A DNA stretch of 64,000 bases from an uncultured Rhodobacteraceae bacterium (GTDB taxonomy: Bacteria; Pseudomonadota; Alphaproteobacteria; Rhodobacterales; Rhodobacteraceae): NCBI GenBank assembly GCA_937872465.1, contig CALMSR010000040.1, positions 78,279 through 142,278 on the forward strand, written 5' to 3'. Positions 22,818 to 32,906 of the stretch are shown here, piece after piece. Under the pieces are notes generated by a model. It searched no databases and had not been told where the DNA came from. It was given only the letters and a program-made list of their open reading frames with translations. Every line of letters begins with the position of its first letter. The stretch's first letter is position 1. The position numbers were made by a program, and so were the translations under genes.

Positions 22818-22904
22818 CGGCAGGCCCTCTCTCCGAGACGGAACGTTCCGCGATGAATTCGCCGCCGGGCCCCCGCACGGGGTCCGGCGGTCCGGCCGGC
22901 CCCG

Positions 22905-25697
22905 CTATTCCGCCGCAACCACCTCCCGCGGCGGCGCCGGCGTGACCCGGCAGGCGGAGAACTTGAACTCCGGGATCTTGCCGAAGGGGTCGAGCTGCGG
23001 GTTGGTCAGGATGTTGGCCGCCGCCTCGACATAGGCGAAGGGGACGAAGACCATGTCCTCGGCGACCGCGCGGTCCGCCCGCGCCATGATCTCGATCACG
23101 CCGCGGCGGGTGGCGATGCGGATCATCGCGCCGGGCGCGACGCCGAGCCGGCGCAGGGTCTTCGGGTTCAGGGTCGCGTTCGCCTCCGGCTCGGCCCAGT
23201 CGAGCACCGCGGCGCGGCGCGTCATCGAGCCGGTATGCCAGTGCTCGAGCTGGCGGCCGGTCAGGAGGATCATCGGATAATCCGCATCCGGCGTCTCGGC
23301 CGGCGCCGTCACCTTTGCCGGGGTGAAGCGCGCCCGGCCCTCCTTGCGCGGGAAGCCGTCGCCGAAGACGATCGGCTGGCCGGGATCCTCGGGCGAGAGC
23401 GAGGGATAGGTCACCGCGGTCTTCTCCAGCCGCTCCCAGGTGATGTTGTCGAAGGAGGGCATGTTGAGCTTCATCTCCGCGAAGACCTCGCGGGGATGGG
23501 TGTAGCGCCAGTCGAGGCCGAGGCGGCGGGCCAGGTCGGTGGTGATGCGCCAGTCCTCGCGCGCCTCGCCCGGCGGCGGCACCGCCGGCCGGCCCATCTG
23601 CACCTGCCGGTTGGTATTGGTGACGGTCCCGGTCTTCTCCGGCCAGGCGGAGGAGGGCAGGATGACGTCGGCGTAATTCGCGGTCTCGGTCAGGAATATG
23701 TCCTGGACGACGAGGAACTCGAGCCTGGCCAGCGCGTCGCGGGCGTGTTCCACGTCCGGGTCGGACATCGCCGGGTTCTCTCCGAGGATATACATGCCGC
23801 GGATCTTGTCGTCGTGGATCGCGTCCATGATCTCGACCACGGTCAGGCCGCGCTTGTTGGAGAAATCCCCCGACCCCCAGACCGCGGTGAAGGCCGAGCG
23901 CACGCCGTCGTCCTCGACCGGCTGGTAGTCGGGCAGGAACATCGGGATCAGCCCGGCGTCGGAGGCACCCTGGACGTTGTTCTGGCCGCGCAGCGGGTGC
24001 AGGCCGGTGCCGGGGCGGCCCACATGACCGGTCATCAGCGCGAGGCTGATCAGGCAGCGCGAATTGTCCGTGCCGTGGATATGCTGCGAGATGCCCATGC
24101 CCCAGAAGATCATCCCCGCCCGCGCGGTGGCGAAGTCGCGGGCGACGGCGCGCAGCACCGCCGCCTCGATGCCGCAGAGCGGGGCCATCCGCTCGGGGGT
24201 GAACTCGGCGAGATGCGCCTTCATGGCCTCCCAGTTCTCGGTGAAGCCGGCGATGTACTGCTCGTCGTAGAGCCGCTCCTCGACGATGACGTTCATGATC
24301 GCGTTCAGCATCGCCACGTCGGTGCCCGGGCGGAACTGCAGCCGGTGGGTGGCGTAGCGCTTGAGGCCCACCCCGCGCGGATCCATCACGATCAGCTTGC
24401 CGCCGCGCTTGGCAAATTGCTTGAAATAGGTGGCGGCGACCGGGTGGTTCTCGATCGGATTGGCGCCGATCACGATCGCCACGTCCGCATGCTCGATCTC
24501 GTTGAAGGTCGCCGTCACCGCGCCGGAGCCGACGTTCTCGAGCAGCGCGGCCACCGAGGAGGCGTGGCAGAGCCGGGTGCAATGGTCGACGTTGTTGTGG
24601 CCGAAGCCCTGCCGGATCAGCTTCTGGAAGAGATAGGCCTCCTCGTTGGAGCATTTGGCCGAGCCGAAGCCCGCCACGAGCGTGCCCGCCTCGTCGCGCA
24701 GCCTGGCGAGGCCGGCGGCGGCGGCGTCCAGCGCCTCGTCCCAGCTCGCCTCGCGGAAATGCGTGAGGGGGTTGCCGGGATCGACGTTCAGTCCCTTGGG
24801 CGGCGCGTCCTCGCGGCGGATCAGCGGCTTCTGCAGCCGGTGGGGATGGGCGATGTAGTCGAAGCCGAAGCGGCCCTTGACGCAGAGGCGGTTCTGGTTG
24901 GAGGGCCCGTCGATGCCTTCGACCCAGGCGATGCGGTCGTCCTTGATCTTGAAGGAGAGCTGGCAGCCGACGCCGCAATAGGGGCAGACCGAGTCCACCT
25001 CCCGGTCGAACGCCTGGCCGTCGCCGCGGCCCGCCGCGTCGAGCACCGTCGCCGGCATCAGCGCGCCGGTCGGGCAGGCCTGCACGCATTCGCCGCAGGC
25101 CACGCAGGTGGAGGCGCCCATGGGATCGTCGAAATCGAAGACGACCTTGGCGTCATGGCCGCGCCCGGCCATGCCGATCACGTCGTTGACCTGGACCTCG
25201 CGGCAGGCGCGGACGCAGAGGTTGCAGTGGATGCAGGCGTCGAGATTGACGCGCATCGCCAGATGGCTCGGGTCGGGCGGCGGCACGCTCTCCGCGTCCC
25301 GGCGCGGGAAGCGGCTCGCCTCGATGCCCTGGGCATCGGCCATCGCCCAGAAATGCGAGGAGCGGTCGTGGGCGTCCGCGCGTTCGGGCTGGTCGGCGGC
25401 GAGCAGTTCCACGACCATGGCGCGGGCCTTGCGGGCGCGCTCGCTCCCAGTCCGGACCACCATGCCCTCGACCGGCGTGCGGATGCAGGAAGCCGCGAGC
25501 ACGCGGTCGCCCTCGATCTCCACCATGCAGGCGCGGCAATTGCCGTCGGGCCGGTAGCCCGGCGCCGGCTTGTGGCAGAGATGCGGGATGCGCAGGCCGC
25601 GGCCGTTGGCGACCTCCCAGATGGTCTGGCCGGGCTCGGCGGTGACTTCCTCGCCGTCGAGGGTGAAGGTGACGGTCTGCGGGTTGCGGTCGAGCAT
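22905..25697 (-). CDS. fdhF: NAD-dependent formate dehydrogenase alpha subunit (Mo/W-bisPGD, Fe-S)
   Basis: 2Fe-2S/4Fe-4S motifs (GNCRACMVE, CIHCNLCVRAC, CPYCGVGC), DHCTRLCHASS, RGQNNVQGA. Start MLDRNPQTV. Confidence 0.93.
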   Translation of the reverse strand: MLDRNPQTVTFTLDGEEVTAEPGQTIWEVANGRGLRIPHLCHKPAPGYRPDGNCRACMVEIEGDRVLAASCIRTPVEGMVVRTGSERARKARAMVVELLAADQPERADAHDRSSHFWAMADAQGIEASRFPRRDAESVPPPDPSHLAMRVNLDACIHCNLCVRACREVQVNDVIGMAGRGHDAKVVFDFDDPMGASTCVACGECVQACPTGALMPATVLDAAGRGDGQAFDREVDSVCPYCGVGCQLSFKIKDDRIAWVEGIDGPSNQNRLCVKGRFGFDYIAHPHRLQKPLIRREDAPPKGLNVDPGNPLTHFREASWDEALDAAAAGLARLRDEAGTLVAGFGSAKCSNEEAYLFQKLIRQGFGHNNVDHCTRLCHASSVAALLENVGSGAVTATFNEIEHADVAIVIGANPIENHPVAATYFKQFAKRGGKLIVMDPRGVGLKRYATHRLQFRPGTDVAMLNAIMNVIVEERLYDEQYIAGFTENWEAMKAHLAEFTPERMAPLCGIEAAVLRAVARDFATARAGMIFWGMGISQHIHGTDNSRCLISLALMTGHVGRPGTGLHPLRGQNNVQGASDAGLIPMFLPDYQPVEDDGVRSAFTAVWGSGDFSNKRGLTVVEIMDAIHDDKIRGMYILGENPAMSDPDVEHARDALARLEFLVVQDIFLTETANYADVILPSSAWPEKTGTVTNTNRQVQMGRPAVPPPGEAREDWRITTDLARRLGLDWRYTHPREVFAEMKLNMPSFDNITWERLEKTAVTYPSLSPEDPGQPIVFGDGFPRKEGRARFTPAKVTAPAETPDADYPMILLTGRQLEHWHTGSMTRRAAVLDWAEPEANATLNPKTLRRLGVAPGAMIRIATRRGVIEIMARADRAVAEDMVFVPFAYVEAAANILTNPQLDPFGKIPEFKFSACRVTPAPPREVVAAE

Positions 25698-27457
25698 CAC
25701 TGCAATCCTCCCTCGGGCGATTGGGCGCCCCCGCCCTGGCCGGGCGGCTCGGCCGCCTGCCCTGCCCCGATCTCCTCGGCGAAATGCCGGATGACCATGC
25801 GGATCGGATTGGGCGCCGCCTGTCCCAGGCCGCAGATCGAGGCGTCCACCATGACGCTGCCGAGCTCCTCCAGCAGGTCGGTGTCCCAGCGCTCCGCTTC
25901 CATCAGCCGGACGGCCTTGCCGCAGCCGACGCGGCAGGGCGTGCATTGCCCGCAGCTCTCGTCCTCGAAGAAGCGCAGCATGTTGAGCGCGGCCGCGCGG
26001 GCGCTGTCGCGGTCCGAGAGGATCACCACGGCGGCGGAGCCGATGAAGGTGCCGAAGGGCTGGAGCGTGTCGAAATCCATCGGGATGTCGGCCATGGAGG
26101 CGGGCAGCAGGCCCGCGGAGGGGCCGCCGGGCTGGTAGGCCTTGAAGACATGGCCTTCGAGCATGCCGCCCGCGGCCGCGATGATGTCGGTGATCGTCGA
26201 GCCCGCCGGCAGCAGATGCACGCCGGGGTTCCGCACGCGCCCCGAGACCGAATAGGAGCGCAGGCCCTTGCGCCCGTTCTTTTCGACCCCGTTCAGGATC
26301 TCCGGGCCTTCCCGGCAGACCCGGGCCACCCAGTGGAGGGTCTCGACATTATGCACGAGCGTGGGGCGGTCGAAGAGGCCGACCTGCGCCACGAAGGGCG
26401 GCCGGTGGCGCGGCATGCCGCGCTTGCCCTCGATCGATTCGAGCATCGCGCTTTCCTCGCCGCAGATATAGGCCCCGGCGCCGCGCCGGAGATCCACGTA
26501 TCCCGGCGCCACCAGCCCGGCCGACTCGAGCGCGGCGATCTCGCGGGCGAGGATCTCGAGCACCGCCGGGTATTCGTCGCGCATGTAGATGTAGCAGCGC
26601 TCCGCCTCCACGGCCCAGGCGGCGATCAGCATGCCTTCGAGGAAGAGATGCGGCGTCCGTTCCAGGTAGTGGCGGTCCTTGAAGGTGCCCGGCTCGCCCT
26701 CGTCGCCGTTCACCGCGAGGTAGCGCGGCCCGGCCTCGGCCCGGACGAAGGACCATTTGCGCCCCGAGGGGAAGCCCGCGCCGCCGAGCCCGCGCAGCCC
26801 CGAGGCGAGCACCCGCTCCTGCACCGCGTCGGGTGTCGCCCCCCCCGCCCGATAGGCTTCGAGCGTCCCGTAGCCACCGGCCGCGCGATAGGCGGCGAGA
26901 TCCTCGTAATCCGGGATGCGGGCATGGGTCGCCTGCGCCGCGATCGCCGCCTGCACCTTCTGGGGCGTGGCGAAGTCGATGTGATCGTGCCCGATCTCCA
27001 GCACCGGCGCCGTGTCGCAGCGCCCCATGCAGGGCGCGCGCAGCACGCGGACCCGTTCCGGGTCGAGCCCCGCCTTCAGGGCCGCGAGCAGCTGCTGCGC
27101 ACCGGCGAGCTCGCAGGAGAGGCTGTCGCAGACGCGGATCGTGAGATCGGGCGGCGGCGCCTCGCCCTCGCGGATCACGTCGAAATGGGCGTAGAAGGTG
27201 GCGACCTCGTAGACCTCGGCCTGCGCCATGCGCATCTCCTCGGCCAGGGCGCGCAGATGCCGCGCCGAGAGGCAGCGGTATTCGTCCTGGATCAGATGCA
27301 GGTGCTCGATCAGGAGATCGCGCCGCCGCGGCCGGTCGCCGAGCAGTGCTTGGACTTCGGCGAGCGCCGCATCGTCGAATTGCCGCCCCTTCGGGGTGGT
27401 CCGGCCCTTGCCCCTGCCGGATTTCCAGACACCGGGCCGCGGTGATTGCACGTTCAT
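25697..27457 (-). CDS. Formate dehydrogenase beta subunit (fused NuoE-like 2Fe-2S plus NuoF-like FMN/NADH domain)
   Basis: VCDSLSC...PCMGRC, GLRGLGGAGFP, NGDEGEPG, GAGAYICGEE, ESCGQCTPCR. Start MNVQSPRPG. Confidence 0.92.
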   Translation of the reverse strand: MNVQSPRPGVWKSGRGKGRTTPKGRQFDDAALAEVQALLGDRPRRRDLLIEHLHLIQDEYRCLSARHLRALAEEMRMAQAEVYEVATFYAHFDVIREGEAPPPDLTIRVCDSLSCELAGAQQLLAALKAGLDPERVRVLRAPCMGRCDTAPVLEIGHDHIDFATPQKVQAAIAAQATHARIPDYEDLAAYRAAGGYGTLEAYRAGGATPDAVQERVLASGLRGLGGAGFPSGRKWSFVRAEAGPRYLAVNGDEGEPGTFKDRHYLERTPHLFLEGMLIAAWAVEAERCYIYMRDEYPAVLEILAREIAALESAGLVAPGYVDLRRGAGAYICGEESAMLESIEGKRGMPRHRPPFVAQVGLFDRPTLVHNVETLHWVARVCREGPEILNGVEKNGRKGLRSYSVSGRVRNPGVHLLPAGSTITDIIAAAGGMLEGHVFKAYQPGGPSAGLLPASMADIPMDFDTLQPFGTFIGSAAVVILSDRDSARAAALNMLRFFEDESCGQCTPCRVGCGKAVRLMEAERWDTDLLEELGSVMVDASICGLGQAAPNPIRMVIRHFAEEIGAGQAAEPPGQGGGAQSPEGGLQ

Positions 27458-27543
27458 TTCCACCCTCCAGAGGCACGAAGCCCTTCTGTCAGAATTCAGC
27501 GATAATTTCCAATCGCATCTTCGAAAGGTTCGATCCGTTTTCG

Positions 27544-28431
27544 TTATGACAGGCTGCGGATGGCATCGCGCAGCGCCGCGATCGCCGGCAGGACCGGTTG
27601 CTGGAGGTGGGTCACCAGTCCGATGGAATGGGCGACCACGGGGTCGGTCAGCTCGAGGCGGATCGAATCCCTGCCCGCGAAGACATTTTCCGAGAGCCAG
27701 CGGGGCGCGATCATCGCCGCCGTGCCGCTGGCGACCTGCGCCAGCGCGGCGGTGAAATCGTCGGTCTCCATCACCGGGCTGGGGTTGAGGCCGACGGCCT
27801 CGAAGGCCGCGTCGATCAGCTGGCGGTTGCGCATGTCGCGGGTCAGCAGGCAGAGCGGCAGCGCCGCCGCCTCGGCCCAGGTCGCATGGCCCGCCGCGCG
27901 CGGCGCGAGCGCCTTCGACGCCACCAGCACGTAGGTCTCCTCGTAGATCGGCTCCAGCAGCAGCTTGTCGCCGATGTTCTCGGCCCCGACATAGGTCAGG
28001 CCGGCATCGAGCGAATAATCGTCTAGGCCCAGCCCGATCTTCGAGGACGTCAGGGAACGGATCTCGATCGCCAGGTCCGGATGGACCTCGCGCAGGCGCC
28101 CGGAGAGCAGCGCCGCATAGGGAAGCGCCGTCGGCACCGCGCCGATCACCAGCTTGCCGCCCAGCGCGCCCTTGCTCATCTCCATTTCCTGCCGCATGCC
28201 CTCGACATCCGCGAGGATCTTGCGGCACCATTTCAGCAGGACCTCGCCCTCGCGGGAAAAGCCCTGGAACTTGTTGCCCCGTCGCACGAGCGGCAGGCCG
28301 AAGCTCGCCTCGATCTTGCGGATCCGCGCCGAGAAGGCCGGCTGGGATATTCCCGAGGCTTCCGCGGCGCGCGCGAAATGCCGGTGCCGGGCCAGGGCCG
28401 CCAGCAGCTTCATGTCCTTGATCTCGAGCAT
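27544..28431 (-). CDS. LysR family regulator (probable fdh regulator)
   Basis: HFARAAEASGISQPAFSARIRKIE...LVRRG; substrate-binding domain; directly upstream of the fdh genes. Confidence 0.92.
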   Translation of the reverse strand: MLEIKDMKLLAALARHRHFARAAEASGISQPAFSARIRKIEASFGLPLVRRGNKFQGFSREGEVLLKWCRKILADVEGMRQEMEMSKGALGGKLVIGAVPTALPYAALLSGRLREVHPDLAIEIRSLTSSKIGLGLDDYSLDAGLTYVGAENIGDKLLLEPIYEETYVLVASKALAPRAAGHATWAEAAALPLCLLTRDMRNRQLIDAAFEAVGLNPSPVMETDDFTAALAQVASGTAAMIAPRWLSENVFAGRDSIRLELTDPVVAHSIGLVTHLQQPVLPAIAALRDAIRSLS

Positions 28432-28643
28432 CGGGAGAGGCCCGCATCCGTTGCGACGGTCCGCGCCCCCGATTGTAGAGAGCATGGGCGCCGGAGCAAG
28501 GCGGGATGGTCTTCGGCGCAGGACTATCACCTCCGGGAGCCGATTCCCGCTTCTTCGACGGTACCGCCTCACGACGAGGGCAGCGCCCGACCCGAGCGGG
28601 CGTGCCGGCACATGCGATTCTCCTGGTCCCCGGCGGCGATCGT

Positions 28644-30431
28644 TCACTGCGGCGCCGCCCGCGCGCCCCAGGCACCGAGCGTCAGCCGCCGTTCGGCCTC
28701 GACGTCCAGCCGCGGCGGATCGGCCGCGTCCAGCGGCCCGTCCCATCCCAGGGCCGCGAGGCAGCGCGCCTCGAAGCCGCCCACCGCGGCGCACGGGGCA
28801 TCGGCGGGGGCGCGGTAGATCCAATTGCCGTTTCGCGTCGCGCCGTAGACCGCCGCGGTGGCGTGATCGGCCAGGATCACCTCGGGGATGCGCCTCAGGC
28901 AGGCGGCGAGGAAGGCGAAGCTGTCCTCCGGATCCTCGGGGAGGACCTCCTCGGGCCTCGTGGCGGCGACGTTGACGTTGCGGAACCGGTCGATGTCGTT
29001 CAGCCGCGCGAGGTCGAGGATCGTCATCTGGCCGTTGCGGCCGAAGGCGATGGTGCGCGGCCGCTCGCCAAGGGCCACGCTGTTGTCGAGGAACTCGAAA
29101 TGCATGGTCTTGCTCGCCGAGAGCACCGTCGGGAAGAACAGGTTCGGCATGCCGGAATAGGCTTCGATATTGTGGTAGAGCAGGTCGTCCACGGCCTTGA
29201 ACCGCCCGGTCTGGAGCCCCCGCTTCCAGGAGCGCTCGACGGTATCCGCCGGCGGGGTGATGACGAAGAACAGGAACACCGTGTCGCTGAAGCGCGTCAG
29301 CAGCTGGCTCGTCTTGCTGCTGTCCCGGGAGGTGTCGAAACTGTCGAAGCGGAACCGGTCGATGAGCACATGCGGCAGCGCCTGGCCGAGCGCCTTGGCC
29401 TCCATGTGGCGATCGAGCTTGCGGTCGATGATCTCCAGCTCCTGGCCGGTGAGCATCGCGGCGTATTTGTAGTCCTCGCCGAGGCTCTGGTAATCGAGGA
29501 GGTGCTTGCGCCAGTAGTCGGGGCTTATCAGCGCGAAATTCTCCCAGGGAACGCCGAGCTTCCCGGCGAGCGCGCGCTGCGCCGGCCGGATGGTGCTCTT
29601 GCCGGCCGCCGAGGAGCCCTTCACGTTGAGGAAGATGGATTTCGCCTGGACGGGCAGGAAGCGGTAGCCCTCGCGCGCCGCCGCCTTCCGGATGATCGGC
29701 TCGATCCATTCGCCGACCTGCCGGCTGCCCTGGCCGTTCAACACCATGTTGAGCGCGAAGCGCGCCACCATGTCGCGGTCGGCGAGCAGGCGGCCGTGGC
29801 GTCCGACGATCCCGCCCACCACCGTCGCGAGGCTCTCCAGGCAGGCCCGATCGAGGTCGTCCTTGGTCCGCGGCGCGGTTTCGCGCCATGCCTCGAGGGC
29901 GGCGAATTCGGGAGGCTGGCGGCGGGCAGGCGCCGGCGGGGGCGCCGCCGCCCTGGCGCCGAAGAGCGTGCCGAGGAGCCCGCGGCGCGCGGGTGGGGCC
30001 TCGGGCGGGGCCGGTGGCGCGGGCGCGAAGACATCGGCCTCGAGGATCGCGCGAATGCGGGCGTCGGCCTCCTTACGGAAGGCCTCGAACCGCCGCCGCA
30101 GGCCCTCCATCTCGGGCGCGACATGGACCTCCTCGATGCGGGCCACGATGCCGCGCAGGCTGATGCCGAGATCCTCGTAGTTCGGGCCGTCGGGAACCGT
30201 GAGATCCGCGGTGACGCGGACGAGCAGCTCGTGGGTGACGAGCCGCTCGAGTCGCGTCGCGACCATGTCGCGCGGCTTGAGGCCGCAATATTCCGCCGCC
30301 TCGCGCGCCTCGGCATAGCCGACGGTGGAATTCTCGGGCCGGTAGAGCGTCGCCCGGGGCTGGAGCCGCGGCGGGATCTCGGAATCGAGGCCCGGGTGCC
30401 AGGCGTCGAATGTCGCGATGCGGTCGTCCAT
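28644..30431 (-). CDS. Uncharacterised 595-aa P-loop NTPase/kinase, zeta-toxin-like
   Basis: Walker A GSSAAGKS (29595-29618), then LISPDYWRK and HVLIDRFRFDSF; large unknown N-terminal region. Confidence 0.7.
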   Translation of the reverse strand: MDDRIATFDAWHPGLDSEIPPRLQPRATLYRPENSTVGYAEAREAAEYCGLKPRDMVATRLERLVTHELLVRVTADLTVPDGPNYEDLGISLRGIVARIEEVHVAPEMEGLRRRFEAFRKEADARIRAILEADVFAPAPPAPPEAPPARRGLLGTLFGARAAAPPPAPARRQPPEFAALEAWRETAPRTKDDLDRACLESLATVVGGIVGRHGRLLADRDMVARFALNMVLNGQGSRQVGEWIEPIIRKAAAREGYRFLPVQAKSIFLNVKGSSAAGKSTIRPAQRALAGKLGVPWENFALISPDYWRKHLLDYQSLGEDYKYAAMLTGQELEIIDRKLDRHMEAKALGQALPHVLIDRFRFDSFDTSRDSSKTSQLLTRFSDTVFLFFVITPPADTVERSWKRGLQTGRFKAVDDLLYHNIEAYSGMPNLFFPTVLSASKTMHFEFLDNSVALGERPRTIAFGRNGQMTILDLARLNDIDRFRNVNVAATRPEEVLPEDPEDSFAFLAACLRRIPEVILADHATAAVYGATRNGNWIYRAPADAPCAAVGGFEARCLAALGWDGPLDAADPPRLDVEAERRLTLGAWGARAAPQ

Positions 30432-30698
30432 GGCAGCTCCCGCCGGCCCCGACGCCCGTGACGGGCCGCGCGCCCGATGCCGTCGTGCTCGGGAGCAATG
30501 GCGGGGGCCGGATCCCTTGATAGGCAGCGGGACGCCATCCCACAAGGCCCGCACGGCGCGGGTCGGCGGCGGGCGACCGGGATCCCGAATGCCCGGCACG
30601 AGGGCGCCGCAGCAGCACGAGAGCAGCGACCGTCCGGGGCGGCGCCTGTGCATTCCTCTCGGCACGGTCTGGATCGCAGGATCGCGGCCGCGGACGGG

Positions 30699-31970
30699 TC
30701 AGGCGATGCCGCCGCGGATCCCGGCGGTCCCGGCGTATTCGCGCAGCCGGACCGGGCGGCCGGAATCCGCGCTCTCGAGCGCGGCGATGCCGCAGAGGAC
30801 CGAGATCGCGCCGGCGCGGGAGCCGGCGCGCTGGCCGAGCGGGTCGGTGGCGCCGGGCCTGAACAGCATGTCGCGCAGCCGGTCGTCGCCGCCGTAGTGG
30901 CCGCCGGAGAAATGCGGCACGGCGATGCGCTCCACCGCCTCGCGATCGCCGGGGAAGCTGCGCACGAGCAGGATCTCGTCGTGGTCGGGCTTGTCCCAGG
31001 GCTGCCTCTCGTATTGGCGCAGCTCGATGCGCCCGCGCGTTCCGTTGAAGGCGATGTGGTGGCCCTCGACCGGCATCGCGGTGTTGAGCGAATAGGAGAC
31101 ATGCACGCCGTTCGCGTAGCGGATGGCGGCGACCATGGTGTCGGGGACGTCGATGTCCTCGCGAAAGACGCAGGCGTCGCGGAAATAGCCATCGACGCCA
31201 TGCGGATCCTCGTAGAGCGCGTCGAGGAACGGGTCGGCGCCGATGTCGAGATGGAAGCGGCATCGGGCGGCATGGGGACAGCCCTTGCAGCGGGTGCCGC
31301 GGAAGGGGCCGTTGCCTCCGTAGACCTTCAGCGCGGCGAAGGTCGTGACCGCCTCGGGATCGGACTCGAGGTACCAGTTCAGCACGTCGAAGTGATGCGT
31401 CGCCTTGTGGACGAAGAGGCTGCCCGAACGCGCGCGGAAGGCGTGCCAGCGGCGGAAGTAGTCCGCGCCGTGGCTGGTATCGAGATACCAGTGGAAATCG
31501 ACCGAGAGCAGCCTGCCGATCTCGCCGGACGCGAGCAGTTCCCGGATCCGCGCCGGGGTCGGGGCGAAGCGGTAGTTGAAGGTGACGTCGACCCGCCGGC
31601 CGCTCCGGCGCTCGGCCTCGAGGATGCGCGCGATCTTCTCGGGCGTGGTGGCCAAGGGCTTTTCGGCGATGACGTCGGCGCCGGCGTCGAGGGCGCGGAC
31701 GATGATCGTGTCGTGGGTGTCGTCGGGGGTGCAGACGATCACGAGATCGGGGCGCACGCCGCGGAGCATCGCGTCGAGATCGGTGAGGATCGGCGCGTCG
31801 GAGCCGATCATGGCGCGGGCGCGCTCGGCGCGCAGCGGGTTGGTGTCGACGATGGCGACCAGATCCACATGGTCGGACCAGCCCTTGAGCAGGTCCCTGC
31901 CCCACATGGTCGTGCCGCGGTTTCCGGTGCCGACGAGGGCGTAGCGTCGCTTGCTGGGCACGGGGGTCAC
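30699..31970 (-). CDS. Gfo/Idh/MocA family oxidoreductase
   Basis: YALVGTGNRG, AEKP, FNYRF, LFVHKATHHFD, HYGGD. Confidence 0.88.
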   Translation of the reverse strand: MTPVPSKRRYALVGTGNRGTTMWGRDLLKGWSDHVDLVAIVDTNPLRAERARAMIGSDAPILTDLDAMLRGVRPDLVIVCTPDDTHDTIIVRALDAGADVIAEKPLATTPEKIARILEAERRSGRRVDVTFNYRFAPTPARIRELLASGEIGRLLSVDFHWYLDTSHGADYFRRWHAFRARSGSLFVHKATHHFDVLNWYLESDPEAVTTFAALKVYGGNGPFRGTRCKGCPHAARCRFHLDIGADPFLDALYEDPHGVDGYFRDACVFREDIDVPDTMVAAIRYANGVHVSYSLNTAMPVEGHHIAFNGTRGRIELRQYERQPWDKPDHDEILLVRSFPGDREAVERIAVPHFSGGHYGGDDRLRDMLFRPGATDPLGQRAGSRAGAISVLCGIAALESADSGRPVRLREYAGTAGIRGGIA

Positions 31971-32078
31971 CTGTCCCGGGGCCGTGCCGGCGCGCCGGAG
32001 ACGCGCCCGGGCCGTGCGGCCGATCCGTGCCGGAGGATACCAAATACTCGGAGCGCTCGCGACACGGGAGGCCGGCGC

Positions 32079-32906
32079 TCAGCAGACCGTCCGGAACCGC
32101 TCGACGCAGGTGGCGAGCACCTCGTCGCCGGGGCGGCTCCACCAATGGTCGGAGAAGATCTCGACCTCCTGGGCACCGTGGAAGCCGGCGGCCTCGATCA
32201 TGGCCCGGAAGGCCGGCAGGTCGATGACGCCGTCGCCCATCATGCCGCGGTCGTTGAGTATATCCCGGGTGGGCACCAGCCAGTCGCAGATGTGGTGGGC
32301 GAGGATCGCGCCCATGCGCCCGGCGCGGGCGATCTGGTTGGCGAGGCCGGGCTCCCACCAGACGTGGTAGACGTCGATGGCCGCGCCGATCCCCGCGCCG
32401 CCCACCGCCTCGGCCATGTCGAGCGCCTGTTCGAGCGAGTTCACGCAGGAGCGGTCGGCGGCGTACATCGGGTGCAGCGGCTCGATGGCGATCGGCACGC
32501 CGGCGGCGCGGGCATGGGGCATCAGGGCGGCGAGGCCGTCGGCCACCATCCTGCGCGCCTCGGGGAGATCCTTCGAGCCGGCGGGCAGGCCGCCGCAGAC
32601 CATGACGAGGCAGTCGGCGCCAAGCTCCGCCGCCTCGTCGACGGCGCGGCGGTTGTCGTCGAGCGCCCGGGCGCGTCCCTCGGCGTCGGGCGCCGGGAAG
32701 AAGCCGCCGCGGCAGAGACCGGTGAGCTTCAGGCCGTTGGCGCGGACGATGCGGGCGGCCTCCGCGAGGCCGGTATCCGCGATCTGGTCGCGCCAGGGGC
32801 AGATGGTGGTGATGCCGTGGCGCAGGCAGGCATCGACGGCCTCGGCGAAGCTCCATTGCTTGCGCAGGGTGGCGAGGTTGATCGAGAGGCCGTCGAGATC
32901 CGCCAT
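32079..32906 (-). CDS. Sugar phosphate isomerase/epimerase (xylose-isomerase-like TIM barrel)
   Basis: AIEPLHPMY, IDVYHVWW, HHICDW, GMMGDGVID, EVEIFS metal-binding motifs. Confidence 0.88.
   Translation of the reverse strand: MADLDGLSINLATLRKQWSFAEAVDACLRHGITTICPWRDQIADTGLAEAARIVRANGLKLTGLCRGGFFPAPDAEGRARALDDNRRAVDEAAELGADCLVMVCGGLPAGSKDLPEARRMVADGLAALMPHARAAGVPIAIEPLHPMYAADRSCVNSLEQALDMAEAVGGAGIGAAIDVYHVWWEPGLANQIARAGRMGAILAHHICDWLVPTRDILNDRGMMGDGVIDLPAFRAMIEAAGFHGAQEVEIFSDHWWSRPGDEVLATCVERFRTVC

Noticed and set aside
21667-25089. Very long Arg/Gly/Pro-rich alternative-frame ORFs (also 23235-26138, 30073-32856, 32918-35305 and others)
   Set aside because: Typical stop-poor shadow frames in high-GC DNA overlapping well-supported genes; no motifs.
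28644-30431. Zeta/epsilon toxin-antitoxin system
   Set aside because: No adjacent small antitoxin, much longer than zeta toxins, and a core-like composition.
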